64,000 bases of DNA from positions 45,060 through 109,059 of the forward strand of contig JBBRXA010000002.1 of the NCBI GenBank assembly GCA_038248855.1. The letters are read 5' to 3'. The notes beneath the pieces were generated by a model that saw nothing but the letters and a program-made list of their open reading frames with translations, was not told the DNA's origin and made no database searches. A program made the position numbers and the translations under genes. The DNA comes from Bacteroidales bacterium (lineage in GTDB: Bacteria > Bacteroidota > Bacteroidia > Bacteroidales > VadinHA17). Positions 43,787 to 53,138 of the stretch are shown here, piece after piece; positions within the stretch are counted from its first letter, which is position 1; every line of letters starts with the position of its first letter.

Positions 43787-45529
43787 ATGAAAAAGAAGAT
43801 AAAGTTCAGCCTGGTTTACCGTGACATGTGGCAGTCGACGGGTAAGTATCAGCCGCGTGCAGACCAGCTTAAGGCTGTGGCACCCCATATTATCGAGATG
43901 GGTTGTTTTGACCGCATCGAGACTAACGGGGGAGCTTTCGAACAGGTACAGCTGATGTACGGGGAGAATCCCAATGACGCGGTCCGGGAATGGACCGCTC
44001 CCTTTAACAGGGCAGGTATTCAGACCCATATGCTCGAGCGCGCCCTTAACGGGATCAGGATGTACCCCGTGCCCTCCGATGTCAGACGGCTGATGTACAT
44101 AGTAAAAAAAGCACAGGGTGTCGATATATCACGGTCGTTCTGCGGTCTGAACGACCACCGGAACCTGGAACTCTCCGTAAAGTATGCCCGTGAGGCAGGA
44201 ATGATCTCACAGGCGGCACTTTCAATCACATATTCACCCGTACACACCGTGGAATACTACATGGAGGTGGTCGACAAAGTCATCGGATACGGGGCTGACG
44301 AAATATGTCTCAAGGATATGGCAGGGGTAGGAAGACCTGCAATGCTCGGTGAACTTGTAAAGAGAATAAAGAAAAAGTATCCGGAAATAAAGGTCCAGTA
44401 TCACGGACACAGCGGTCCCGGAATGTCTGTGGCTTCTATGCTCGAAGTCGCCCGTGCCGGCGCTGATTACCTCGACGTGGCAATGGAACCGCTGAGCTGG
44501 GGAATGGTCCACCCTGATGTCATCGCCATACAGGCTATAATGAAGGATGCCGGGTTCGATGTTCCGGAGATAAATATGAACGCCTATATGAAGGTTCGTT
44601 CACTGACGCAGGAGTTTATTGACGACTTTCTCGGCTTATTCATTGACAGCCGCAACAAACAGATGACCTCCCTGCTCATCGGATCAGGCCTGCCCGGAGG
44701 GATGATGGGAAGCATGATGGCTGACCTCAAGGGAGTCCATCAGGGTATCAATGCAGCCCTGAAAAGCAAGGACAAGCCTGAGCTGTCAGAAGATGATCTT
44801 GTTGTCGGACTCTTCAGGGAGGTGGAACATATATGGCCTTTGATGGGCTATCCTCCTCTCGTCACTCCTTTCAGCCAGTATGTCAAGAATGTGGCGCTGA
44901 TGAACATAGTCTCAACAGTGAACGGAAAAGAGCGATTCTCGATGATCGATCCGAATACCTGGGATATGATTCTCGGCAGGGCCGGCAAGCTTCCGGGCCC
45001 TCTGGCACCGGTGCTAATCGAACTTGCGAAGAAGGAAGGAAAAGAGTTTTATGAAGGTACTCCCCAGGACAACTATCCCGACGCACTGGATGCATACCGG
45101 AAGGAGATGGAGGAGAACAAATGGAGTACGGGTAAGGATGATGAGGAACTGTTTGAACTTGCAATGCACGACCGCCAGTACCGCGATTATAAGTCGGGCG
45201 TAGCAAAGACAAGGTTCCTGAAAGAGGTGGAGGACAGGAAGGCCGAGATCGCAAAATCATCTTCCGGGAGAGTCTCCAAAGAAAAACTGCTTCTATCCCC
45301 GGAAACAGGCGTGGTGTTTCTCTATTCCGGAACAACATACACATATACCGGTGAAGATGAGATAATCTCCGAAGGTGAAACGGTCACAAAAGGTGAAACC
45401 CTCTTTTACCTGATGATCAACAGAACCTACTGCGAAGTAGTGTCTGACCGTGACGGAAAGGTCAGGAAGATGCTGGTCAAGCGGGGTGACAAGGTCAGAA
45501 AGGGAGATCCCCTGATAGAGTTTGAATAA
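43787..45529 (+). CDS. Oxaloacetate decarboxylase alpha / pyruvate carboxylase subunit B-like carboxyltransferase with a lysine-less biotinyl-like domain
   Basis: HMGL-like TIM barrel (CLKDMAGVG, QYHGHSGPG) plus the conserved carboxylase domain. The C-terminal hybrid-barrel domain reads LFYLMINRTYCEV where EAMKM is expected. Confidence 0.7.
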   Translation: MKKKIKFSLVYRDMWQSTGKYQPRADQLKAVAPHIIEMGCFDRIETNGGAFEQVQLMYGENPNDAVREWTAPFNRAGIQTHMLERALNGIRMYPVPSDVRRLMYIVKKAQGVDISRSFCGLNDHRNLELSVKYAREAGMISQAALSITYSPVHTVEYYMEVVDKVIGYGADEICLKDMAGVGRPAMLGELVKRIKKKYPEIKVQYHGHSGPGMSVASMLEVARAGADYLDVAMEPLSWGMVHPDVIAIQAIMKDAGFDVPEINMNAYMKVRSLTQEFIDDFLGLFIDSRNKQMTSLLIGSGLPGGMMGSMMADLKGVHQGINAALKSKDKPELSEDDLVVGLFREVEHIWPLMGYPPLVTPFSQYVKNVALMNIVSTVNGKERFSMIDPNTWDMILGRAGKLPGPLAPVLIELAKKEGKEFYEGTPQDNYPDALDAYRKEMEENKWSTGKDDEELFELAMHDRQYRDYKSGVAKTRFLKEVEDRKAEIAKSSSGRVSKEKLLLSPETGVVFLYSGTTYTYTGEDEIISEGETVTKGETLFYLMINRTYCEVVSDRDGKVRKMLVKRGDKVRKGDPLIEFE

Positions 45530-45722
45530 AAGAGTTAAGAAATGTGAAATATGCGGGCAACCTGCCTGCGGGTTTTGCATTAATGCAATAAAGTGATATT
45601 TTTAGTGCGTTTAAATCAACTGATTAACCCTATGAAACCCACATGCTGTACAATCACACACTTAATAATATTAATTCATTAACATGTGGGTTCCATCATA
45701 CCATTAAAACCAAAATTATATA

Positions 45723-47822
45723 ATGATGAAAAAACTGCTGTTCATGATGCTGTTAGTTGCCCTTGCGGCTGCCTCCTGCAAAAAGGAAGTATGTGAGAAC
45801 CCCTTCTTCTGCGAATGGGATACCCCTTTTGGCGTTCCCCCGTTTGATCAGATCAAACTTGACCATTTCAAGCCTGCTTTCATTAAAGGCATGGAAGAGG
45901 AACTGGCTGCAGTTGATGCCATAATCAATAATACCGACGAACCGACCTTTGAAAACACAATCAAGGCGCTACAGTTTACCGGTGAACTGCTTGACAAGAC
46001 CCAGCGTGCTTTCGGACCTCTGAGCTCCGCCAACACCAATGACTCGGTGCAGGCCCTGTCAAGGGAGATGTCACCACTCTTCTCAAAGCACAGGGATGCT
46101 ATTTCACTCAATGAGAAGTTGTTTGAAAAGGTGAAATCCGTATATGAAAACAGAGAAAAAAACAGTCTTTCTCCTGAAGAAAGCAAGCTGCTGGAAGACA
46201 GCTACCTCGGGTTTATCCGGAATGGAATCGGCCTCAATGCTGAAGACAAGGACAAACTGCGCAAGCTGAACGAGGAGCTTTCGCTTCTCTCATTAAATTT
46301 CGGTGAGAACCTGCTGGCAGAGACAAACGGTTTCACCCTTGCAATCGATAATGAAGCCGATCTGTCCGGGCTTCCTGAAGGAGTCAAAGCTCAGGCTGCC
46401 GCAGCAGCAAAAGCAAAGGGCATGGAAGGCAAATGGCTCTTCACAATGCAGGCTCCAAGCTACTTCCCCTTCATGACTTATGCTGACAACAGGGCCCTGA
46501 GGGAAAAAATATTCATGGGCTATATGATGCGCGGAAATAACCGCAATGAAAAGGATAATAATGAGACTGCCTCCAAAATTGCAGAACTGAGAGTTGAAAA
46601 GGCAATTCTTCTGGGTTATAAGAGTCACGCTGACTATGTGCTTGAGCGCAATATGTCCAAGGAACCTGAAAGAGTGCTCAGCTTCCTCGGTGAGATCTGG
46701 GCGGCAGCCCTTCCGGTTGCAAAAGAGGAAGCAAAGGCGCAGCAGGAGATGATCGACAGGGAGGGTGGCAACTTCAAGCTGGAGCCCTGGGACTGGTTCT
46801 ACTATACCGAAAAGATCCGTAAGGAGAAGTACAATATCAGCGAGGAAGAGCTCCGGCCTTATTTTGCGGTTAACAACGTCACAGAAGGGATGTTTTATGT
46901 TGCCAACAGGCTCTACGGCCTCGAATTTGCAGAGCGTACAGATATTCCCAAATATCATCCTGACGTAAAGACTTTTGAGGTAAGCCGTGACGGAAAACAT
47001 GTAGGCATATTGATGATCGACTACTATCCGCGTGCCTCAAAGCGCGGAGGTGCATGGTGCAGCGCAATGAGAGGACAGAGGATCGACAAGGACGGGCAGT
47101 TCGTGACACCGCTTGTAAGCATGGTTACCAACTTCACCCCTCCACAGGGTGATGCTCCGGCACTGATTACTCCGGATGAAGCCAGTACGCTGTTCCATGA
47201 ATTCGGCCATGCCCTGCACAGCCTGCTGTCAAACACAGTATATTCCAGCGGCGTTTCGAGAGACTTCGTGGAATTACCCTCACAGATAATGGAACACTGG
47301 GTTCTTGAGCCCGAGGTCCTCAAAGTCTATGCGAAACATTATCAGACAGGCGAAGTCATTTCCGATGAGATCATAACCAAACTGGAGAAGGCCGGCAAAT
47401 TCAACACCGGATTTACCACGGTTGAATACCTCGCCGCCGCCTCGCTGGATATGGAGTACCACTCACTGAAAGAACCGGTTAAAGTAAACGTGGCTGAATT
47501 CGAGAAGAGCGCTATGGACAAATACGGGCTCATCAGCGAGATTATTCCCCGCTACCGGTCAACCTATTTCAGTCATATCTTTTCGGGAGGTTACTCGGCC
47601 GGATATTACAGCTACATATGGTGCGAGGTGCTTGATGCCGATGCCTTCAGCTCATTCAAGGAGACAGGTGACATATTCAACAGGGATGTCGCATCACGAT
47701 TCGAAAAGGAGATACTGTCACGCAAGGGTTCAAAGGACGAACTTGAAATGTATATCGCCTTCAGGGGCAAGGAACCGGGAATTGATGCGTTGCTGAAAAA
47801 CCGCGGACTGATTACCGAATAG
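45723..47822 (+). CDS. M3-family peptidyl-dipeptidase (Dcp-like), lipoprotein
   Basis: Lipobox-like LAAASC, HEFGH zinc motif, 699 aa. Confidence 0.9.
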   Translation: MMKKLLFMMLLVALAAASCKKEVCENPFFCEWDTPFGVPPFDQIKLDHFKPAFIKGMEEELAAVDAIINNTDEPTFENTIKALQFTGELLDKTQRAFGPLSSANTNDSVQALSREMSPLFSKHRDAISLNEKLFEKVKSVYENREKNSLSPEESKLLEDSYLGFIRNGIGLNAEDKDKLRKLNEELSLLSLNFGENLLAETNGFTLAIDNEADLSGLPEGVKAQAAAAAKAKGMEGKWLFTMQAPSYFPFMTYADNRALREKIFMGYMMRGNNRNEKDNNETASKIAELRVEKAILLGYKSHADYVLERNMSKEPERVLSFLGEIWAAALPVAKEEAKAQQEMIDREGGNFKLEPWDWFYYTEKIRKEKYNISEEELRPYFAVNNVTEGMFYVANRLYGLEFAERTDIPKYHPDVKTFEVSRDGKHVGILMIDYYPRASKRGGAWCSAMRGQRIDKDGQFVTPLVSMVTNFTPPQGDAPALITPDEASTLFHEFGHALHSLLSNTVYSSGVSRDFVELPSQIMEHWVLEPEVLKVYAKHYQTGEVISDEIITKLEKAGKFNTGFTTVEYLAAASLDMEYHSLKEPVKVNVAEFEKSAMDKYGLISEIIPRYRSTYFSHIFSGGYSAGYYSYIWCEVLDADAFSSFKETGDIFNRDVASRFEKEILSRKGSKDELEMYIAFRGKEPGIDALLKNRGLITE

Positions 47823-47886
47823 TTGCCTGAGGGCAGCAGCCCTTCGAAGCGGCAGTGACCATTCATAACGCTGGCACAGAAAAATT

Positions 47887-47920
47887 AAAAATGATCAGAA
47901 ATATTTCTGGTCATTTTTTT
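47887..47920 (+). terminator. Intrinsic terminator after the M3 peptidase gene
   Basis: AAAAATGATCAGAAA-TA-TTTCTGGTCATTTTT stem (one G-U pair) followed by a T-run. Confidence 0.65.
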
Positions 47921-47979
47921 TGCCTGAACAATTATCGGTAATTATTGTTGGATTTTTGTATACGCTTAAAGTATTTATA

Positions 47980-48693
47980 GTGAAGAGAGATATTATTAAG
48001 ATCGACGAGGAGAAGTGCAACGGTTGCGGGCAGTGTATTCCAAACTGTCATGAGGGCGCCCTGCAGATCATTGACGGCAAGGCGAGGCTTGTATCTGATG
48101 TATTATGTGACGGGCTCGGCGCCTGCCTGGGACACTGTCCTGAAGGAGCAATTACCGTTGAGCAGAGGGATGCCGAACCATTTGATGAAAAGGCAGTAAT
48201 GCAGGCACAGGTTCCAAAATATGTACACAGTGAGAGCAGTTGCCCGGGGAGCATGGAAAGGGTCATCGCTGCCCCTGTCAGCTTGCATAGAGCACCTGCG
48301 GAGGAAAGTCCTTCCGAGTTAAGACAGTGGCCTGTGCAGATGCATCTTATCAATCCTGGTGCTTCATATTTCCGCAATGCTGATATGCTCCTTGCAGCCG
48401 ACTGCGTGGCTTTCTCAGTCGGTGATTTTCACAGCAGGTATCTCAAGGGCCACTCTCTTGCAATTGCATGTCCGAAACTGGATCATAATACCGAAATTTA
48501 TGTTGACAAACTCACGGCACTGATTGACATAGCCAGGGTCAACACAATTACAGTTATGATCATGGAGGTTCCGTGCTGCGGAGGATTAATGCAACTGGTA
48601 AGGGCTGCCATCGCCAGGGCTTCACGAAAAGTACCGGTAAAGCAGGTTATGATCAGCGCCTCAGGTGCAGTGCTGAAAGCAGAATGGGTTTAA
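47980..48693 (+). CDS. 4Fe-4S dicluster-domain protein of unknown function
   Basis: CNGCGQCIPNC and CDGLGACLGHCP motifs. The conserved C-terminal part carries CPKLD and VPCCGG. The start is uncertain: I chose GTG 47980 because the ORF-track start at 47920 sits on the upstream terminator's T-run. Confidence 0.6.
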   Translation: MKRDIIKIDEEKCNGCGQCIPNCHEGALQIIDGKARLVSDVLCDGLGACLGHCPEGAITVEQRDAEPFDEKAVMQAQVPKYVHSESSCPGSMERVIAAPVSLHRAPAEESPSELRQWPVQMHLINPGASYFRNADMLLAADCVAFSVGDFHSRYLKGHSLAIACPKLDHNTEIYVDKLTALIDIARVNTITVMIMEVPCCGGLMQLVRAAIARASRKVPVKQVMISASGAVLKAEWV

Positions 48694-48824
48694 TTGAGGA
48701 AATAAGCCATTACTGATATTTATCATCTTTCCCATATAAATAGCCCGTCAGCATCAAATAAAATTTATCTTTAAATTCGTAACAGGTTAAGCCGGGTAGT
48801 TTTTCCCTTTTAACCTGGCGGGTT

Positions 48825-51800
48825 ATGGATAAAAAAATATCAGAGTCAGGTTCTGACTGTCGTCACTTTTTCCTCGGTCTGGATATCGGATCTGTGTCAC
48901 TGAATACGGTAGTGATGGACGAAGATCTGAATATCATTGAGGATTATTATGATTACGTGCAGGGAAGACCGTTTAACGTCCTGGAAACCAGGCTCAAATC
49001 TCTTCTCCGAAATCACCCGGCCGAGTTCCTGAAGGGCCTTGCGGTTACAGGATCCGGCGGAAACCTCGCCTCTGAACTGATCGGCGGAACATTCGTCAAT
49101 GAAATCATTGCCCAGGCAACCTCCTCAGGGAGGCTATTTCCCGGGGTCAGGAGTGTAATAGAGATGGGCGGTGAGGATTCCAAGCTTATTTTGCTTGAAA
49201 AAGATCCTTCCAACGGACATTACAGGCTGGTTGATTTTGAAATGAACAGTATCTGTGCGGCAGGGACCGGTTCATTCCTTGACCAGCAGGCAAAGCGCAT
49301 ATGTGTACCGATAGAGAAGGAATTCGGCGAGATGGCTCTGAAGTCTGTTGATCCGCCGCGCATAGCCGGCAGATGCAGTGTTTTTGCCAAGAGTGATATG
49401 ATCCATCACCAGCAGATAGCCACACCGCTGCATGATATTGTGGCAGGCTTATGTTATGCTCTGGCCCGTAACTTCCGCAGTAATGTGGCCAGAAGCAAGG
49501 TGATAAATCCTCCGGTTATCTTCTCCGGAGGGGTGGCAGCCAACAGCGGAATGGTGAAAGCTTTCAGAGATATCCTTGGTCTTGATGAAACTGAGCTGAT
49601 AATACCTGAACATCATGCTTCCATGGGCGCCATAGGAGCAGTAATGTATGCCTGTTCCGCCAATCTGGAAATGGATCATTTTACAGGGCTTGACAAGCTT
49701 GAAAAGTACCTCGCAAAGGATGCAACAGAATTTGTCAGTTTGCCAAAACTTCAAGTATCTGAAGCTGAATACAATAAAACAGTCCATTATGTAAGAGAAG
49801 GCAAAGGCAAAATCCCTGTTTACCTGGGCCTTGATATAGGATCACTCAGCACTAATGTGGTCCTGATTGATGAGCAGCACAGGGTAATTTCCCGCAGATA
49901 TCTTCCCACGGCCGGGAAACCCCTGGAAGCGATACAGAAAGGACTTACAGAAATTTATGATGAGGTGGGTGACGATGTTGAGGTTATTGGTGCCGGCACA
50001 ACCGGATCAGGACGTTACCTCACAGGAGATTTCATTGGGGCTGATACAATACAGAATGAGATAACAGCCCAGGCTACCGCTGCAATTGACTATGATCCCA
50101 CAGTGGATACCATCTTCGAGATCGGAGGACAGGATTCTAAGTATATCAGTATAGAGAATGGTGTTGTAGTCGACTTTGAAATGAACAAAGTCTGTGCGGC
50201 AGGAACAGGGTCATTCCTTGAGGAGCAGTCAGAAAAGCTGAATATCAATATAATAGAAGAATTTGGGGAGATGGCCCTCAACTCTGACACCCCTGTAAAG
50301 CTTGGTGACCGATGTACGGTTTTTATGGAATCTGACCTGAACTCCTTCTCGCAGAAAGGCGCGAGGAATGAAAACCTGGTTGGTGGTCTCGCCTATTCTA
50401 TTGTCTACAACTACCTTCAGAAGGTTGTAGCTGACCGGAAAGTAGGTGATAAAATATTTTTCCAGGGAGGGGTGACAAATAATAAGGCTGTAGTTGCAGC
50501 CTTTGAACAGGTTCTGGGGAAAAAGATTATTATTCCGCCTCACTTTGATGTTACAGGAGCAATAGGAGTGGCAATACTTGCTCAACGATCAATGGCTGCG
50601 AACCAGAAAACCACTTTCAAGGGCTTTGGAGTCCGGAATGTGACATATGATATCAGCCGGTTCGTCTGCCAGGCATGCACCAACCACTGTGAAATAAGGC
50701 GGGTCAATATAACCGGAGAAAAGAAATCACTGTTCTACGGAGGGAGATGCGAAAAGTACGAGACTGACGGACGAAAGAAAGCTGTAAATGAGATCCCAAA
50801 CCTCTTTGCCATAAGAACTGAAATGCTACTGCAGGGATTTGTGGAAAAGGAAAAAGAAAGAAGCATTACAATTGGCATCCCACGTGCACTTATGGTCTTT
50901 TACCAGCAGTTCCAGTTCTGGAGAACTTTCTTTGAAGAGTTGGGTTTTACAGTTGTTATTTCAAGAGAATCTGACAAATCTCTTGTTAACAAGTCTATTG
51001 AGACTATTACTGCCGAGACCTGCCTTCCGGTGGAACTTATGCACGGACATGTAATAGACCTGATAGAAAAAGATGTTGATTACATTTTCCTGCCCTTCAT
51101 TGTGAATGGCAAGGAACGTGAAGGAAACAAGACCATGAACTGTAACTGTCCCTGGATACAGACATACCCCTTTATGGTCAGGGCAGCTCTCAAAGGGAAA
51201 GTTGATGAGTCGAAGCTGCTGATGCCCACTCTCCATTTCAGGTTCTTTGAACGTGCCCTTGTTAAAGAACTGTCATCCTATTTCAATGAGAAGTTCGGGA
51301 TTGATAAAGATGATATCAGAAAGGCAATATACAATGCTGACAGAATTCAGGTCTCATTTGAAAAACGTCTGATTGACTACGGAAAGGATGTCCTGAAGAA
51401 TTTACCCGGAAACTGCCGCCCCGCAGTGCTTCTCGGGAGGCCCTATAACAGTGCTGATTCACACCTTAATCTCGGGCTGGTTGAGAAGCTCATTGCACAG
51501 AATGTCATGCCTGTTCCCATTGACATGCTTGACCTGACACCTTATAAAATCTTCGAAAACTACAGGAATATGTACTGGCCCAATGGTCAGAAGATGATTG
51601 CTGCAGCACAGCTTGTAGCAAAGACCGAAGGGTTATATGCGGTGTACCTTAGTAACTTCCGGTGCGGCCCTGACTCATTCATATGGCATTATGTCACCGA
51701 GGAGCTGAAAGGAAAGCCTTTCCTGCATCTTGAAGTGGATGAGCACTCAGCAGATGCCGGGATGGTAACACGTATCGAAGCCTTCCTTGACAGTCTCAGG

Positions 51801-53123
51801 GGGGCTGAGAAAAATGAGAAAAAAGATGTGACAATATTCAGACCGCGGCCCAGTCCATCTTCCCCGCCCAGGGATAGAATCTTATATTTTCCCTATATGT
51901 ATGACGGAGCCTTCATGGTCGCAGCAGCAGCCCGAAGTGTAGGTGTCCCGTCAGAAGTTCTTCCCGGAATGGATGATGAAGCTCTGGCCATCGGCAGAAA
52001 ATACACATCGTCAAAAGAGTGCTTCCCTATGATCTGCACTACTGGCAGCTTCCTGAAAAAACTGATGGAGAAGGGAGCAGACCCGTCAAAGATGAGCTTT
52101 TTCATGCCTGACCATAACGGACCCTGCCGGTTTGGACAGTATAACCAGTTCCACAGGATCCTTTTTGACCGTCTGGGATTCAGTGAGGCAGAACTGATTA
52201 CTCCGTCAAATGATACTTCCTATGAAGATATTGCCGGTAAACACGGACAGAAATTCAGGATAAACGCCTGGAAAGGTTTTGTGTCAGCTGATTATACAAG
52301 GAAGATTTACAGGGAAACACGTCCGTATGAGGTTAACAAGGGAGAATCAGATATGCTTTACAGTGATTCCCTGCGGAGACTGGAGAAATGTATTGAACAG
52401 GGATCCGCAGGTCTCCATAAAGTGCTGGTCGGAATTGCAAATGATTTTATGGCTGTCAGGGTTGATAGGAGCCACAGGAGGCCTGTAGTAGCTATCAACG
52501 GAGAGATCTTCATGCGCGATAATGCATTCTGCAACGGTAACATCGCAAACAGGCTCGAAGACCTGGGAGTCGAGGTGATAATAGGACCTTTCTCTGAATG
52601 GATATACTACTCCACCTACCGTTTTACCCGTGACAGCAGATGGAAGAATGATACGAAAGGAGTTATTAAATCAAAGATACAGAGTGTAGGACAGAACATC
52701 ATCGCTGAGTCTTTGCTGAGGGGGATAAAAAAACTTAGTGATCATTCGAAAGATGTGTCTCTGCATGATATGCTAACGCTCTGCAACCCCTATATCAATG
52801 AGTTTTATGACGGTGATCCGCCTATTGCCATGGGGACCTCGGTGGCGCTGGCACAAAGGGGAGTCTCAGGAATAGCTGCCATCCTTCCTTTTACATGCAT
52901 GCCGGGTACCGTTGTTGCCTCGGTGAGTGACGCTTTCCGGAAGGATCATAATAATATCCCCTTCCTGAATATTGCCTACGACGGCCAGGATTCAGTCTCG
53001 CTTGAGACACGGCTCCAGGCGTTTGTGTTCCAGGTGAAGGAATATCACAGAACATCAAAACTGATGACCGTAAATTTTAATGCCCGTCATGCAGTAGTGG
53101 AACCTGTCACTTTGACCCGATAA
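48825..53123 (+). CDS. Double BcrAD/BadFG-type activase ATPase fused to 2-hydroxyacyl-CoA-dehydratase-like (DUF2229-type) domains
   Basis: Two ATPase modules (LGLDIGSVSLN...ICAAGTGSFLD and LGLDIGSLSTN...VCAAGTGSFLE) are followed by about 800 aa of Cys-containing domains. 1432 aa. Confidence 0.8.
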   Translation: MDKKISESGSDCRHFFLGLDIGSVSLNTVVMDEDLNIIEDYYDYVQGRPFNVLETRLKSLLRNHPAEFLKGLAVTGSGGNLASELIGGTFVNEIIAQATSSGRLFPGVRSVIEMGGEDSKLILLEKDPSNGHYRLVDFEMNSICAAGTGSFLDQQAKRICVPIEKEFGEMALKSVDPPRIAGRCSVFAKSDMIHHQQIATPLHDIVAGLCYALARNFRSNVARSKVINPPVIFSGGVAANSGMVKAFRDILGLDETELIIPEHHASMGAIGAVMYACSANLEMDHFTGLDKLEKYLAKDATEFVSLPKLQVSEAEYNKTVHYVREGKGKIPVYLGLDIGSLSTNVVLIDEQHRVISRRYLPTAGKPLEAIQKGLTEIYDEVGDDVEVIGAGTTGSGRYLTGDFIGADTIQNEITAQATAAIDYDPTVDTIFEIGGQDSKYISIENGVVVDFEMNKVCAAGTGSFLEEQSEKLNINIIEEFGEMALNSDTPVKLGDRCTVFMESDLNSFSQKGARNENLVGGLAYSIVYNYLQKVVADRKVGDKIFFQGGVTNNKAVVAAFEQVLGKKIIIPPHFDVTGAIGVAILAQRSMAANQKTTFKGFGVRNVTYDISRFVCQACTNHCEIRRVNITGEKKSLFYGGRCEKYETDGRKKAVNEIPNLFAIRTEMLLQGFVEKEKERSITIGIPRALMVFYQQFQFWRTFFEELGFTVVISRESDKSLVNKSIETITAETCLPVELMHGHVIDLIEKDVDYIFLPFIVNGKEREGNKTMNCNCPWIQTYPFMVRAALKGKVDESKLLMPTLHFRFFERALVKELSSYFNEKFGIDKDDIRKAIYNADRIQVSFEKRLIDYGKDVLKNLPGNCRPAVLLGRPYNSADSHLNLGLVEKLIAQNVMPVPIDMLDLTPYKIFENYRNMYWPNGQKMIAAAQLVAKTEGLYAVYLSNFRCGPDSFIWHYVTEELKGKPFLHLEVDEHSADAGMVTRIEAFLDSLRGAEKNEKKDVTIFRPRPSPSSPPRDRILYFPYMYDGAFMVAAAARSVGVPSEVLPGMDDEALAIGRKYTSSKECFPMICTTGSFLKKLMEKGADPSKMSFFMPDHNGPCRFGQYNQFHRILFDRLGFSEAELITPSNDTSYEDIAGKHGQKFRINAWKGFVSADYTRKIYRETRPYEVNKGESDMLYSDSLRRLEKCIEQGSAGLHKVLVGIANDFMAVRVDRSHRRPVVAINGEIFMRDNAFCNGNIANRLEDLGVEVIIGPFSEWIYYSTYRFTRDSRWKNDTKGVIKSKIQSVGQNIIAESLLRGIKKLSDHSKDVSLHDMLTLCNPYINEFYDGDPPIAMGTSVALAQRGVSGIAAILPFTCMPGTVVASVSDAFRKDHNNIPFLNIAYDGQDSVSLETRLQAFVFQVKEYHRTSKLMTVNFNARHAVVEPVTLTR

Positions 53124-53138
53124 ACCTCACGACTTTCT

